From positions 63,426,001-63,490,000 of the forward strand of contig OX597824.1 in the NCBI GenBank assembly GCA_951406725.2: a stretch of 64,000 nt of DNA. The letters are read 5' to 3'. Below the pieces are notes generated by a model that saw only the letters and a program-made list of their open reading frames with translations, was not told where the DNA came from and made no database searches. Made by a program: the position numbers and the translations under genes. The stretch is from Octopus vulgaris (taxonomy: Eukaryota). Shown here one piece after another: positions 41,486 to 54,847 of the stretch (positions are counted from its first letter, which is position 1; the number at the start of each line of letters is the position of its first letter).

Positions 41486-42615
41486 TATGTTTGACTTTTG
41501 CTTTATATTTGTACAAGTTGGCTCCAAGTCTCACCCAGAGACCTCAAGAGACAACAGGGTTGGAAGTTCATGTTGTTGTTATGCCTAGTGTGCCATATAT
41601 TTGGGGGGGGGGATGTTGTACTAATGAATGTCTAAAAAAAAAAGGTTTTTTTTTTTTTTTTTTTTTTAAACCGAAAATTATGTTTGTTTTAAACCTTGAG
41701 ATTACATAGAGAGTATTTTGCGTAGGATATGAGCAGTTCCCATGAGCACTATCTTTTGAACTTCTGCCATTTTTGGGTTTCCTGGTATCTGAGTTAGGTA
41801 GCTATCAGCCCCTTTTGCTATCATTCCCAGGGCACCTATGACAACAGGTATTGTTTTAGTCTTCAGCTTCCACATTTTGCTGATTTCTATTTCAAGATCT
41901 TTATATTTGCTCAGTTTTTGGTAGGTCTTGACAGATACGTTTATATCGATTGGGACAGTCATATCAATGAGGAGGCATGTTCTTTGTTTGAAGTCTTTCA
42001 ATATGATGTCTGGCCTATTTGCATCTATCTTCCTGTCAGTTTGAATGGTGAAGTTCCAGAGGAGTGAGATGTGGTCATTTTCAAGCACTGGGGGTGGTTT
42101 GTGTTCCCACCAGTTTTTTTTATGGGGCAAATCCAGGTTTTTACAGATTACCCAGTGATATATTGTGCAGCTCTATCGTGCCTGTTGAGATACTCTGTAG
42201 GTGCTAGAAGACTACACTTGGAGACCACATGGTCAATGGTTTCATTTTGTTGCTTGCATACACGACACGTTGGACTGCTTCTGATCTTTAATATGTTGGC
42301 CTGGTAGTTTCTTGTTGGTAGGCATTGATCTTGAGCTGCTATGATAAACCCCTCTGTTTCAGATTTTAAGCCAGAGGCCATTAGCCATTGATGGGTCAGG
42401 GCTTTGTCGATATCTGCATTATTCGCTCTCTTTGGGTATTTGCCATAGAGAGGTTTTTCTTGCCATTTATTATTTAGAATATCTAAGGCCGCAGTTTTGG
42501 CACGGGTTTTCATGCGCCTAGCTTTTTCTGTGCTTGTTTCTTGTATATCTATCTCTAATTCCGAAATTGGTTGTATTCGGAATTCACTTAGATATTCCTT
42601 TGCCTGTTTTGTGAC
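41485..42615 (-). mobile_element. Dong/R4-clade non-LTR retrotransposon, 5'-truncated (CCHC knuckle, RLE, 3'UTR)
   Basis: ETEGFIIAAQDQ, CRVC..ETIDHVVSKC, RHD, RPDIIL..LLIDMTVP..KLSKYKDL..PVVIGALG (ORFs 42148-42513 and 41702-42130, one frameshift). (TAA)n on both sides. Confidence 0.92.
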
Positions 42616-42676
<61 letters not shown>

Positions 42677-42869
42677 CATTATTATTATCACGATCATCAT
42701 CATCATCATCATCATCATCATTATTAATGGTAACAATACATTATTTAACTTTATATTGTACTGGCTCACATTATGTTCGTTTTAGAATGTCGTCAGGGCA
42801 TCCAAATGAAAGAACCTACACGTGTGTAATGTGATGAATATTTTCAAATATAGATTAATATGCAGTAAG

Positions 42870-42926
42870 TCCAGCTGACGAGACTTAAGTATATTGATAC
42901 AAAAGGTGAAATCTGTTTATACCGGA
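42870..42926 (+). ncRNA. Degenerate minimal hammerhead-like motif
   Basis: TCCAG-CTGACGA-GACTT..AAGGT-GAAA-T-CTGTTT-ATA-CCGGA. Stems imperfect. Confidence 0.4.
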
Positions 42927-43283
42927 ATATCTGTCTTTTTTGCTTCTGTAGTTCATACAAGGTAAGCTTATTTCTGTTGTATTCGTTACATTCGCCTTGT
43001 GCATTTTAATAGTGAGAAATTAGGCGATTTGGGGTTATAGTTATGCATATATATAGTTATATATACTTTATAATTAGGGTTCAGCAACGATTTGCTTCAC
43101 CACGTACCGAAGTTTAGAAATAGCAGTCAAATGATCTTAGCTATTCCTTCTACTTTTAAAGGAGCTCCCAGAAAAACCAAAGTACTTGAAAACAATCCAC
43201 GCAGGCAAAAGGGGGAAAATAACGAAAATCAATCGATATTAGGTTACCCACGTACGCGCGTTTCGGAATTAGATCGGTATAAT

Positions 43284-43347
<64 letters not shown>

Positions 43348-45246
43348 GTCTTAGTATCTGTGCTTGTCCCCCATCACCTCTTGACGACAAGTGTTGATGT
43401 GTTTACTTCCCGTAATTTAGCGGTTCGTCAAAAGAATGTACTAGGCTTAAGAAATAAATCCTGAGGTCGATTTGTTCGACTGAAACACTCTTCGTGGCAG
43501 TGCTCCAGTATGGCTGCAGTCAAGTGACTGAAACAAATGAAGGAATATACAAATCCTCGAGTTCAAAAACGACATCTAGTTCGATATTTTACTACAAATC
43601 TTTCTTCTATCCTCTAAATGAGACACGCATGTGATTTAATTCTGAAACGTGAAATAATATGTTATGGCCATAATATATGACGATTGCATTTGCTTCGCAT
43701 AATATTTAAAATAATGACATACTCGTCTAGTGTAGATACTTAATATAGTGGTCTACATTAGTAGTATTCACACATACAAATACAAACGTACCAATCAAGC
43801 TAGCTAGTTTCCTCTCTTTATCTATTTAGCTATCTATCTATCTAGCTTTATATATATATATATGTTATTTACATTTATATCTGTCTATATATATGCATAT
43901 GTATATATATATAAACGCACACATATTATATATATATATAAACCTGATATATATAAACGCATATAGAGAGGCATACAAAACACATGTACATATACACATA
44001 CATATAAGCATGCATACATGTCTATGTATACGTGTGCGTATGCGTGCGTGTGTGTGTGTGTATGAAAACATGCACATGGGGTTCATTAATATTGTCAAAG
44101 AAGTTATAATTTCAACGACTGCACTGACAAGTCTATAACTTACACTGAGAGGACTTAGGAAGGAAACAATAAAGCTTCTATCGTTTCTCTTAAACATTCC
44201 AGCGTATGTATTGAAGTCCGTACATATATATATATATATAAATATATATACAGAGACACACATTGATATATATATATAGCATATATACAATATCTATATA
44301 CGTGAGTATGGGTGTGGGTTTGTGTATAACATGTATACAATATATATTGAGAAGAAGAGATAAAGAGGCAGAGACGCAGAGAAAACGAACTAATAAGCAT
44401 TTATCGTGAGAGTCTGAATGTCATGTTGAAACATTGTCACAAAGAAACCGTACAATAGCAGTGTTATCTGAGCGACAATTAACAATTTATCACTCTCCTG
44501 CTTTTTATGACGTCCATGGATATATAGAATTATTCATTTTTATAACCTCATATAACTAATTGCTACTTACGTCACATCGATACGGGTGTCTATACGGGTG
44601 TCTCAAACACAAACACACGCAAATATATAAATATTCTTTTTAGTATTTTAGTTTGTTTTAGTTCAGCAAATCGACACCACGGCTTATTTTTAAGCCCACT
44701 ACTTATTCTCTCATTTTGTTATGCCGAACTGCTAGGCTACAAGGACGTAAACACGACAGCATCGGTTCTCAAACGGTGGTGAGGGACAAACACACATGCA
44801 AATGCACTCACACATACACACACACACATATATTGTTGTTATTATGCAAAAGTGTCTCAAGTCCAGAACGTTTCCTTTTTCAGAGAACGAAATAGTCTCA
44901 ACATTCCATAGCAAAGCCGTTGTACTACACTTTCACAATTGTTGATATCTTGGCATCTCAAGCAGCCAGTGATACAAGGGATTGACCAAACGAACTGGCT
45001 ATGGCAAGCAAAAATAAATATTGAAAAAAAAAAAGCATTTGGCCAAATTTAGTCTGAAGAAATTTTAACATAATACCAACGATATATATATATACGCATC
45101 GATTCTTTTAGTTTCCGTCTACCAAATCCAATCACAAAGCTTTAGTTGACCCGAGACTACTGTCAGAAATACTTGCCTAATGCTCTGAGACTGAACACCG
45201 CAGCCACGCCTACATATAGATAAATTTATATAAATACATATAAATA

Positions 45247-45292
<46 letters not shown>

Positions 45293-45315
45293 TGAATACA
45301 CGCATAAGTAATTAT

Positions 45316-45394
<79 letters not shown>

Positions 45395-45441
45395 TCTGAG
45401 TTTTTATTGTGTATGAATCGTGGAACATGACCGCCACTAGC

Positions 45442-45481
45442 TAAACCTGATTATGGCGTAACGCATGAAATTACTAGTTTA
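45442..45481 (+). ncRNA. Degenerate minimal hammerhead-like motif
   Basis: TAAAC-CTGATTA-TGGCGTAACGCAT-GAAA-TTACTA-GTTTA. Perfect 5-bp stem I, one core substitution. Confidence 0.45.
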
Positions 45482-45566
45482 TTTCAACATTAAAAAGTGT
45501 AAAAATTGCAAATAGCAAAGCGTAAAAATCAGACTTAGCTGCGATTTCATTGGTCAATATATATAC

Positions 45567-45646
<80 letters not shown>

Positions 45647-46205
45647 CACACACTTCGTACATTTCTTTGTCTTTCTATTTTATTTTATTTTGTTAAATAC
45701 GTATCAGCTCCGATTAAAACATTGCGTACATCATTTAGGCAGTAGTAGCATTCTTCATTGCGGTTGAATTTGGAGTTTATGCCAGAAATCAATCTAAGCA
45801 TTTATTGTATGTACTTATTGTTTTACATCATCAGACGTAATATTGGTTTGAAATTTTGCCACAAGTAAGGTTAATTCCATCATATGAACCTTACTGTTTA
45901 AATAGTACCTGTTTTATCGATCCCGAAAGGATGAAATGCAAATTTGACCTCAGTGATTTTGAACTCTGAACGAAAATTTAAACGAAATGCCGGATTACTA
46001 AGGATTCTGTCAACTTGCCCCCTTCATGAGACGTTACCTGAAATTCATATATATAGGGGCGGGGTCAAAATTAACAGATGTCGCAAAAGTGACAGAGGGT
46101 AATGACTAGCACGGCTTTTGCTAAAGATAAGAGTTAAAACAACTCAGAAGCCATAAAATTATTGTCTTAATGATTGACAAAGGAGGTAAGTCCCCAGCGT
46201 ATATG

Positions 46206-46237
<32 letters not shown>

Positions 46238-46499
46238 TGTATGTATGTATGTATGCATGTATATGAATGCGATAGATTATTCTGGTGGATATCGTATTAT
46301 TTCACAAAATGATATAGATGCCGGCTATCCACAACAGTCCAATTACACAGTAAGCAAGTTTAAAACAGATACTGTCACTTGTAGGTTTCACTTGTTGAAT
46401 AGTTCCGTGTTACTATTCAGAAATGCAAATATTCGAATGCGTTACCTACTTTTTCAAAACCTTAGGTAGGAATAGAAATACCCACTTCAATAACATAGA

Positions 46500-47430
46500 T
46501 AATTCTAGCTATATCTAGTGGTATATAATTCCCTTCGGAATTATATACAAATAATTTCTATTATACCAAGATTTATTTATTCGGCATTAGCTAAACATTT
46601 TCCAAAAGACAGGAAATGCTATAGAATTATTAAACATAGAATTAGACTAGCCTTTTCTAATAGCAAAAATCTAGCACAAATTATAGTGGCACACAGCGCT
46701 AGTAAATTTAACAGTTTCTATATAGACAGTAACAACAATAGTATCCACAATAATATAACTGAATTAATAGCAGCAATGTCAACATAAGCGAACAAACCAT
46801 AAGTAACAAAACTAGGTATCAGGAAAGGGACTATGGTTTGACAACCAATAAAAAAAGGCTACCCGAACAAACTCCCGCATTAGCCCCGAAGTAGGTGTGA
46901 ATCCTAAAAAGCACAGTACTCAGAATGTTGTCTGTGTGGAAACAGTAATAGCTCAGAAGATAGAAGGGAGAATGTAGAAATCACATCTAGAGAAGATGAA
47001 GCGGAAACTATTAATAGAAGTAGAACTATCAAATGCGATTGTGCAAGGAATGTGGCCTGCCCGCCTAACACAAATAGTAGGTATAAAAATGTCATATACA
47101 GATGTAAGATTACCTGTAAGAGTTACCTCATGTTATATTAAACAAATAAAGCCAATTAATTAAATTCGATCAGTCATAGGAACACAATGAACACTACTAC
47201 ATTTACTTAACAAGTTTGGGCACTAAAAGATAGTAACAAAGTATTTTCGATTGCTTGGAAAAGGATTAGTAAGGCAAAACCTTATACAATAGGCAATAAT
47301 AGATGTGAGTTTTATGTGGAAGAAATGTACCAAATTTCCACTTCTAGATTTACTCTTATAAACACTAGTCAGGAATAGGAACTAAGATGTTCACTCTTGA
47401 CAAAATATACGTTTAAACGATTTGAATAAA
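46500..47430 (+). mobile_element. Penelope-like element C-terminal linker plus GIY-YIG endonuclease (decayed)
   Basis: LAKHFPKDRKCYRII..IRLAFSNSKNLAQIIVAH, CDCARNVACP..NVIYRCKIT, VWALKD..FSIAWKRISKAKPY..NNRCEFYVEE..LINT..LRC. Matches the CNCR..CP / WSIL.KAKPY..RCNLCL.EK PLE pattern. Confidence 0.85.
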
Positions 47431-48319
47431 CACAATTTACTATCTACATTAATTAAGCGAGTTACAATGATGATTGTAATAATTGACGATATTTATACAA
47501 ATAATACTAATAAAAATAATAATGATAATAATAAAAATAATATTAACTGAGGGTAAAAACCCTAAATAAGCGAAACACTTCTGAATGTGCTCCATACAGC
47601 AAAATGCAATTGTAAACAAAACTACTACAATTAATTGTACTCAAAATAAACATCTTAAAAGCACGCTTCAACTGTAACCAGTAAAGGTGATTATAAGACC
47701 AGAATTCAATTTGATTTAATATGTAACGGTATCACCTTCACCTGAATGCCAACACAAGTGAATTAGTTCGCTTTGAAAATATCGTAAGTGATGGATCCTT
47801 GGTGAAATTGCAGGAACGACGATACATATTTGCATACAGAGTAATATGCAGTTACTGCGGTGGAAACATATGTTGTATATGCTGTAGAAAATGTTAGAAA
47901 AATGTTTTGGATGTGAATAGATCTCCATTTTCCTCTTTGTTATCAATTATATATATACATACACAATGTGTGTGATTATGTGTATGCATGTGCGTATGTA
48001 TGTATATATATTTTATTATTATGTACATTGTTAAACGTATGCCTATCAATCAGCTACAGACCATAGTTTCGTGATTAACGAGTCTTTTCCCATAGAATTT
48101 AGGTCTAGATTGTCAAACTTGTGTCTTTTTTCTGGAAGGTCTTCCGATCACGTCAGTCTCCTTCCGTTAGCAAAAAATGTGATTGTCAGGACATGTGTCG
48201 ATACCGATAAGGCTTCTATTTCATTTTCCTATCTTTCTTTTTGACCGACGATTGCATGTATGTGTGTATATTTCTGTATAAATAAGTATAAATGTATGTA
48301 CATATATCGTGTGTATACA

Positions 48320-48638
48320 CTTTTACTCTTTTACTCTCTTATTTGTTTCAGTCACGTGACTGTGGCCATGCCTGAGCACCACCTTTAGTCGAGCAAATTA
48401 GCCCTAGGACTTATACTTTGTAAGCCTAATACTTATTCTATCGGTTTGGGGGGGGGGGGGGCAAACAGACGCACAAACATATACACACACACATACATAT
48501 ATATATATGTATATACATATATACGATGGGCTTCTTTCAGTTTCCGTCTACCAAATCCACTCACAAGGCTTTTGTCGACCCGAGGCTAGTATAGAAGACA
48601 CTTGTCTAAGGTGCCACGCAGTGGGAGTGAACCCGGAA

Positions 48639-48645
<7 letters not shown>
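48320..48645 (-). mobile_element. SINE family A
   Basis: (TTTTACTC)n tail..GGCCATGC..GGGCTTCTTTCAGTTTCCGTCTACCAAATCCACTCACAAGG..GAACCCGGAACCAT. Confidence 0.9.
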
Positions 48646-48689
<44 letters not shown>

Positions 48690-48771
48690 CAGAATTAAAT
48701 AAGCTGAACTATGTTGTCTCATATTTGAAATGAGTGACAACCATATTTTAACTTAGCTAATTCTGGTCATG

Positions 48772-49090
48772 TGGTGGCGCAATGGCCCAGTGGTTAGGGC
48801 AGCGGACTTGACGTCGGAGGGTCGCGGTTTCGATTCCCAGACCGGGCGTTGCGTGTGTTTATTGAGTGAATAACACCTAAAAGCTCCACGAGGCTACAGC
48901 AGCGGGGTGGGGGTGGCGACCCCTGTTGTACTGTTTCGCCCTAACTTTCTATCACTCTTTCTTCCTGTTTCTTGAGTAACGCTGCAATGGACTGGCGTCC
49001 CGTCCAGCTGGGGGGGGGGAGCACATACGACACAGAAACCGGGAAACCAGGCCCATGAGCCTGGCTAGGCTTGCAAAGGGCGTATAAATA
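48772..49090 (+). mobile_element. tRNA-derived SINE family D
   Basis: A box TGGCCCAGTGG, B box GGTTTCGATTCC, 3' GGACTGGCGTCCCGTCCAG..CAGAAACCGGG resembling conserved metazoan SINE domains, A-rich tail. Confidence 0.85.
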
Positions 49091-49139
49091 AATTTAAAAA
49101 TTCTGCTCATAATTACACACTGCTTAGCTGACACTTGGC

Positions 49140-49172
<33 letters not shown>

Positions 49173-49479
49173 CAATGCACGTATGAGTCCGTGCGCGTGT
49201 GTGTATGTGTGTGTTTGTATGTACATTATTGTGTTACTAAATGTACATTTCCCTGTGATTGCATTTGCATTTTTTAATCATTATTTAAATATTTTCGAAT
49301 TCATTAAAATATTTTTAAAATGGAATGGAAAGCAAAGAATTCAGATATCAGTGGCAACAATGAGATGTTATCAAGATAACAGGCCATGTCGGAGTTGCCT
49401 ACTCTCTGGGACATAGTGATGACATAGTGTGATGATGAGTGAGGGGAAGACGGCTTATATCACCATCAGGATAAAAGAG

Positions 49480-49990
49480 ATGTATATCTGGGAGTGTAGG
49501 AGCGAAGGAAGGCATGTAAGGGTGAGATGGTTGATTTAGGGTAGGATGTAGAAAAATAACAAAGTGGGATACGAATAGCAGTAAGGAGACGGGGAGAAGA
49601 AATGAGAAGGAAGCGGAGAAAAGGAGAAACAGGGGGAGTAGAGAGAGGAGGACGAGGAGAAAGAAAAATCATAAGAGAAGGAAGAGTAGAAAGCCGGAGA
49701 ATGACGTGAAGAAAGAAGTTAGAGTGGAGGTTAGAGTGGAGTAGTAGAAAGAAAGGGGAGGTAAAGTAGAAGGAGGCGGAGGACGACGATGAAGAAGAAA
49801 AAGAACAACAACACGAAGAGAAGGAGAGGGAAAGGAGGACTTATGAATATATGTATGAATGAATGAAGGAAGGAAGGAAGGAAGGAAGGAAGGAAGTGTG
49901 ATCATGGAAATAGTATTGGAGGTGGAGATGAGGAGTGGTAAGTGCGATGAGAGATGTTGGCAAGATAAGGAATTAAGGAGAAAGGAAAAA
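49480..49990. repeat. Polypurine low-complexity tract including (GGAA)n
   Basis: About 500 bp almost entirely A/G on the + strand. Confidence 0.85.
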
Positions 49991-50600
49991 TCTTATTGAG
50001 TTTCAGAATTCGTTAATGAATGACATGGAGTTGGAGCGAGTTGTGCAGAATATTGTTCAATATATGCAGGAATAATATTAGATAAAAAATAAACAAATAA
50101 GAACATTTTTTCGTCTGATAAAAATCCTAGTGTAGATGTATAATTAAGATGTAGAAAGCTAGACAAAATTTCCCTGGCGTCCTGGGTTTATAGATTTACC
50201 TGGGGTAGCATGATCAGCTCCTGGTATTTCAAGTATATCTCTGATGTAAATCTCATTCCCGATGGAAATAGAACGACGTCATTGTGACTACAAGCTAATT
50301 ATACTGTAGACAAAATAAAATACTAAACACCACATAAAACAATGTATATTTTCTAACGTCGTTAAAGTATTGGTTTGGGTGTAGTTACGTAGTTACAGAG
50401 GAAGTAAATGACATTTGTTTTCGTTGATGGGGAATCATGATGTACACGTCAGATAAAAAAAAAAGGAAAAAAATCTTATTATTAAGAAGGAGGCGGTGAG
50501 CTGGCAGAACCGATAATATGCCGGACGAAATACTTTGCGGAATTTTCACCGATATGCTAACGATTCTGCCAGTTTGCCGATATATATATATATATATATA

Positions 50601-50632
<32 letters not shown>

Positions 50633-50681
50633 CACACACACATGTGTGTGTGTGTGTGTGTGTATACATATATATACATGT

Positions 50682-50866
50682 ATAACAACAACAACAGCAA
50701 CAATAATATTACCTTAGGAATGAGAAACCAGGTTCAAAATTTCCCCAAGACAACTGATGAAGGCTGAAGGGTATATCGGCCGAAACGTTGTGTTAACAAC
50801 AAACAAGAATTTACAAGAATGTGAATACTGTAAATAATGTACATGATTCCTCATCTCTTAAATATA
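50682..50866 (+). mobile_element. Second, head-less copy of the hammerhead-bearing SINE-like family
   Basis: (CAA)n..ACCTTAGGAATGAGAAACCAGGTTC..GACAA-CTGATGA-A-GGCTGA..TCGGCC-GAAA-C-GTT-GTGTT..CCTCATCTCTTAAATATA, colinear with 5666-5850 minus. Confidence 0.85.
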
Positions 50867-50907
50867 GACCTACTGATTGTTTTCTGTAATTATATTGTAA
50901 GCAAAGA

Positions 50908-51300
50908 GGCGTAGACAGGGATGTGTGGTGAGAATCTTGCTTCCCAACCCCGTGGTCGTTCTCTGTTTAGTTCCAGTGCATGGCATCTTGAGCAATTGTC
51001 TCGGGCCGACCAAAGCCTTATGAGTGGATTTGGCAGATTGAAATTGAAAGTAGCTCGTCATATATGTACATATGTGTATATATCTCTGTGTGTGCGCGCG
51101 CGTGTTTGTCGCCCACCACCGCTGTAAATTGTCCCCCTGTCAATAAGCGATTCGGCAAAAGAGACGATAGAATAAGTAACGGGCTTTAAAAAACATGAGT
51201 ATTGGGATCGAACAGTTAGGCTAAATATCTTTGAAATAGTGCCCCAGCATGGCCGCAGTGAGATGACTGAAACAAGCAAAAGAATAAAAGTATAAAAGAA
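50908..51300 (+). mobile_element. SINE family A, full length
   Basis: GGCGTAG..GTGTGGTGAGAATCTTGCTTCCCAACC..GCCCCAGCATGGCCGCAG..AAAAGAATAAAAG tail. Confidence 0.85.
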
Positions 51301-51517
51301 CAAAGAGAAGGATTTTACATTTCTCTATTATGTACAGCATTGTTCAAACATCCGTAGACATAAGCTGTGTTACCGTATAACTTTGAGACAAAACACTATT
51401 AATCTCCTAGTAATTTATTAATCGGACGAAAGATCAAGAATCCGTTTTATATGCAAATTACTCTTTCCAGCTGTACTTCCGCTGTGAGTAGTTGTGGATT
51501 CATATATGCGGTTTGCG

Positions 51518-51832
51518 AAGGCGAGTGACGTAGTGGTTAGGGTATTCGACACACGATCGTAAGTCGTGGGTGCAATTCCCGGGAGAGATCTCTGTCCCTA
51601 GCCTAGAAACTTTATTTCACGTTGCTCCAGTCCATTCAGCTGGCAAACATGAGCAGTACGTGTTTTTAAAAGAGCCAGCCTAGTCAAATCCTGTGTCACC
51701 CTGAATCTCCCTCACGACTAGGTTAAGGGCACGTATGTCTGTGGACTACCTAGCCTCCTGGACGTTAATTTCACGAGCAGGCTGTTCCGTTCATCGAATC
51801 AACTGGAACCCTCGTCGTTGTAACCGACAGAA
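51518..51832 (+). mobile_element. SINE family C
   Basis: Colinear reverse complement of 10675-10995. Confidence 0.88.
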
Positions 51833-51837
51833 TTCCA

Positions 51838-53367
51838 TATCGAAGTGTCACTCAGGCACTCTGAAAGTGCCAGATCAGAGTACCTCAATCGGAAGCATAA
51901 TACAGGGAAAGAGGCCATTTCAGGTTGTGTCTCCCCCCGCCCCTGGCAAGCTTTTTAAAAAGCTTTCCCATTGCCTCTCACTTTCTGGAGAAAACCAAAT
52001 TTTGTTCCTCCATTGGGCCGAGGCTACAACTTCCAACGTCGGTGGCACAATATCCACCGACGGGGCTTTGAAACGTGCCGGCAGTGTGTTCACCCCAGGC
52101 ACTGTCCCGTTTTTCTTATTTTTTCTCCCCTTTGCTACGGGAGGGTGTAGTTCCTCTGCTTTAACCGGAGGATTTTCCCTAGTTCCCACAGCCTCGGGGT
52201 CCTTCGTTGGGAAACCATTGTTGCCCACCTTCCTTTTTTCCGCTTTTTTCAGGAAGTATTCACTACCTCCGTCTCTCCCTCCGAATGAAGAGGTTTGGGT
52301 TCTTCCATCACTAGCTATTCCAGGACCTTACCTTGGTCCTTGGGGCAGTTCTTTTTAATATGGCCTAGTTCCAGAAACAGGTGACACTTGGGGTGGCGTC
52401 CCTCAAGAATCACCGGATACCTAGAACCGACCATTTTCAAAAAATTTTGGAAAAACCAGATTCTTGGCTGATTGGCTTCACAGGGTCAAAACCGCTTTTG
52501 ACCCTACTCAATCAGCCGCCGGTAAAAATTTTACAGATAGTGTCCTCTATGCACTTGCAGCCTCTATCCCGGGAAGCAGCCCACAGATCCAAGCTCTTGT
52601 TAATTTCTTCCCACAACTCTTTTTCAATTTCAACTTTGAGAAAGACCGTTATGGTGTCGAGTTACTTAGAATAAGTCCTCAACACCACTGTTCTCTCATT
52701 TAAGTCTTTTAACCATTGCTTGTGTGGGACAATCTCGCACTCCAACGCAGTGTTTACTTTCTTTGCCATGCTTGCAGAAAAATATCCAATAAATAGTTCA
52801 CAACAAAAAGTCTAAATAAAGTCCAAAAAGACAAAAAAGAACAGAAAGACAGATCAGAGAAAAAGAAAGAAGGAAAGCAGTTCAAGAACACAGCAGATAC
52901 AAATTTTCCTGCCACTAGGTACTCCAGGTCAACAGGCACTCCAAATAGGCACTCCAGGGTGAAAGCATCAGTAACACAAAAAATTCGCCACAAATTGGTA
53001 GAATTTTTCCAAATATTTCACCATTTTTCACAATTTTTCGGGGGGGGGGGGGGATACGTTTCCAAAACAACAATTCTCAGAATTAAGTGAGATTAGAAAT
53101 CGGAACGCTACAACTGAAACAGAGCCTACACAAATTTCACAAAATATTAGTGAAAAAAATTCAGCTATTTTTAGAGGCGAATAACGGCCTCAAAACAACA
53201 ATTCTCACAATTAAGTGACAAAAACAATTCACTTAACCTAAACAAATTTTGCCCAACTGTAGGTAGACCAGAATTCAGTATCCAGTGAACCCAAAAAACA
53301 AAAGTCTTACTTTAGATTTGAGCTTCTTTTTCTACGGTGTAAGAACAGCACTGACACAAACGGAAAC
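51838..53367 (-). mobile_element. L1/Tx1-like retroelement 5' part: 5'UTR plus decayed ORF1 (52769-51920) with zinc knuckle
   Basis: Minus: MAKKVNTALECEIV..LNERTVVL, ILEGR/PPKCHLFLELGHIKKNCP (Cx2[C>F]x4Hx4C), basic low-complexity tail, stop at 51920 followed by an ATG. Confidence 0.65.
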
Positions 53368-53890
53368 GGAAGCAAGCTTCTTCGCATACAGCCACTCCTA
53401 CTCCTAAATATGTATGGATGTGTAAATGTGTGAATGTTTGTGCGTGAACGTATCTATACACACATAGACACATATGTACGTATGTACGTATGCATACATG
53501 TATGTATGTATGTATGTATGTATGTATGTATGTATGTATGTATGTATGTATGAAGAGAATGTGGTTTTACAATAATTTCGCTGAACATTTTTCTAAAAGG
53601 TTGCACAACTATATGAAAGCATCCTTGTTTGTGCGACAAAAATGATATTTACTGCAGCTGTGAACTTTAGTACGTATCACTGCTGATCACGTGCAAGCGT
53701 TAAGTGTTGTACACCATTACGGACATTTCCTACTTCATCAAAGCTTCGCCAGTTAATTAAATATATACTCTGTAATTACATTCACTTCCATTATACGTAC
53801 AGAACCATCAACGAGTTGCATAGAACAGACGATTGAATCAAATTTGGAGATAGAATACATACATGCATGCATGCATACATACATAGCAGC

Positions 53891-53940
<50 letters not shown>

Positions 53941-54639
53941 ATGTGTGTTTGTGTGCGTGTGCGCGCGTCTTTGGGGGTGTATACATACATATTCATATTA
54001 ATATATACATTATATATTCACATACACGTACTGGTATGTACATATATATATGTCAATATAAAAAATACATACATATATGTAATGTATACGCAGGCACATT
54101 TATATGTGTTAAATATATATATTTAAAAATATACATGTATGTATATATATTTATATTTATATATATATATATGTATATGTGTGTGTGTGTGTGTGTATAC
54201 ATTTATTTGTATATAGGTAAATAACAAATGAAAGACAGATGATGGAATATACTAGGATATATTATTAACCACAACAATTGTTTCGACATATCTAGCATCG
54301 ACTCTTCTTGTGGGACACACAAACACTGGTACAGGAGTATCCGGTGGTGCAGACGTATCTTGTCGGGTGAAGAATAAAAAAAATCTTGTTAAAATTGAGA
54401 TGTACTCGCATAGCAAGTGATTTGATCTGAGATCGTGTGCCGAACAGGTCGTGGATTTTAGCGACGAAAATATTTTGACAACTTAAACTTAAATGTTGAA
54501 GTGAATCGAACGGCCTTTGTATGTTTCTTAAATGGCTTACAAACACCTTCCACGCTGCAATTGCTTGTTAAAATTACTGTTCCATGATGCAATTTTCCGT
54601 TTTGTAGAGAGAAAAACAGCCAGACGGAAGGAAATTCTT

Positions 54640-54778
54640 CATTGTTTAAATTCTTTGTTGTTTACAAAAGTCCGTTTCCATGTTTTGTTTTTGTTTTCGT
54701 TTCTCGCTGTGTTCTACGTTTTTTTTTGTGGCGTCCTGTACCCATATATGCATGTATATATACATATAAATGTAGGTA

Positions 54779-54847
<69 letters not shown>

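Noticed and set aside
51735-52358. 207-aa + strand ORF (longest in the track)
   Set aside because: Spans a SINE and the antisense strand of the ORF1 element; a shadow ORF
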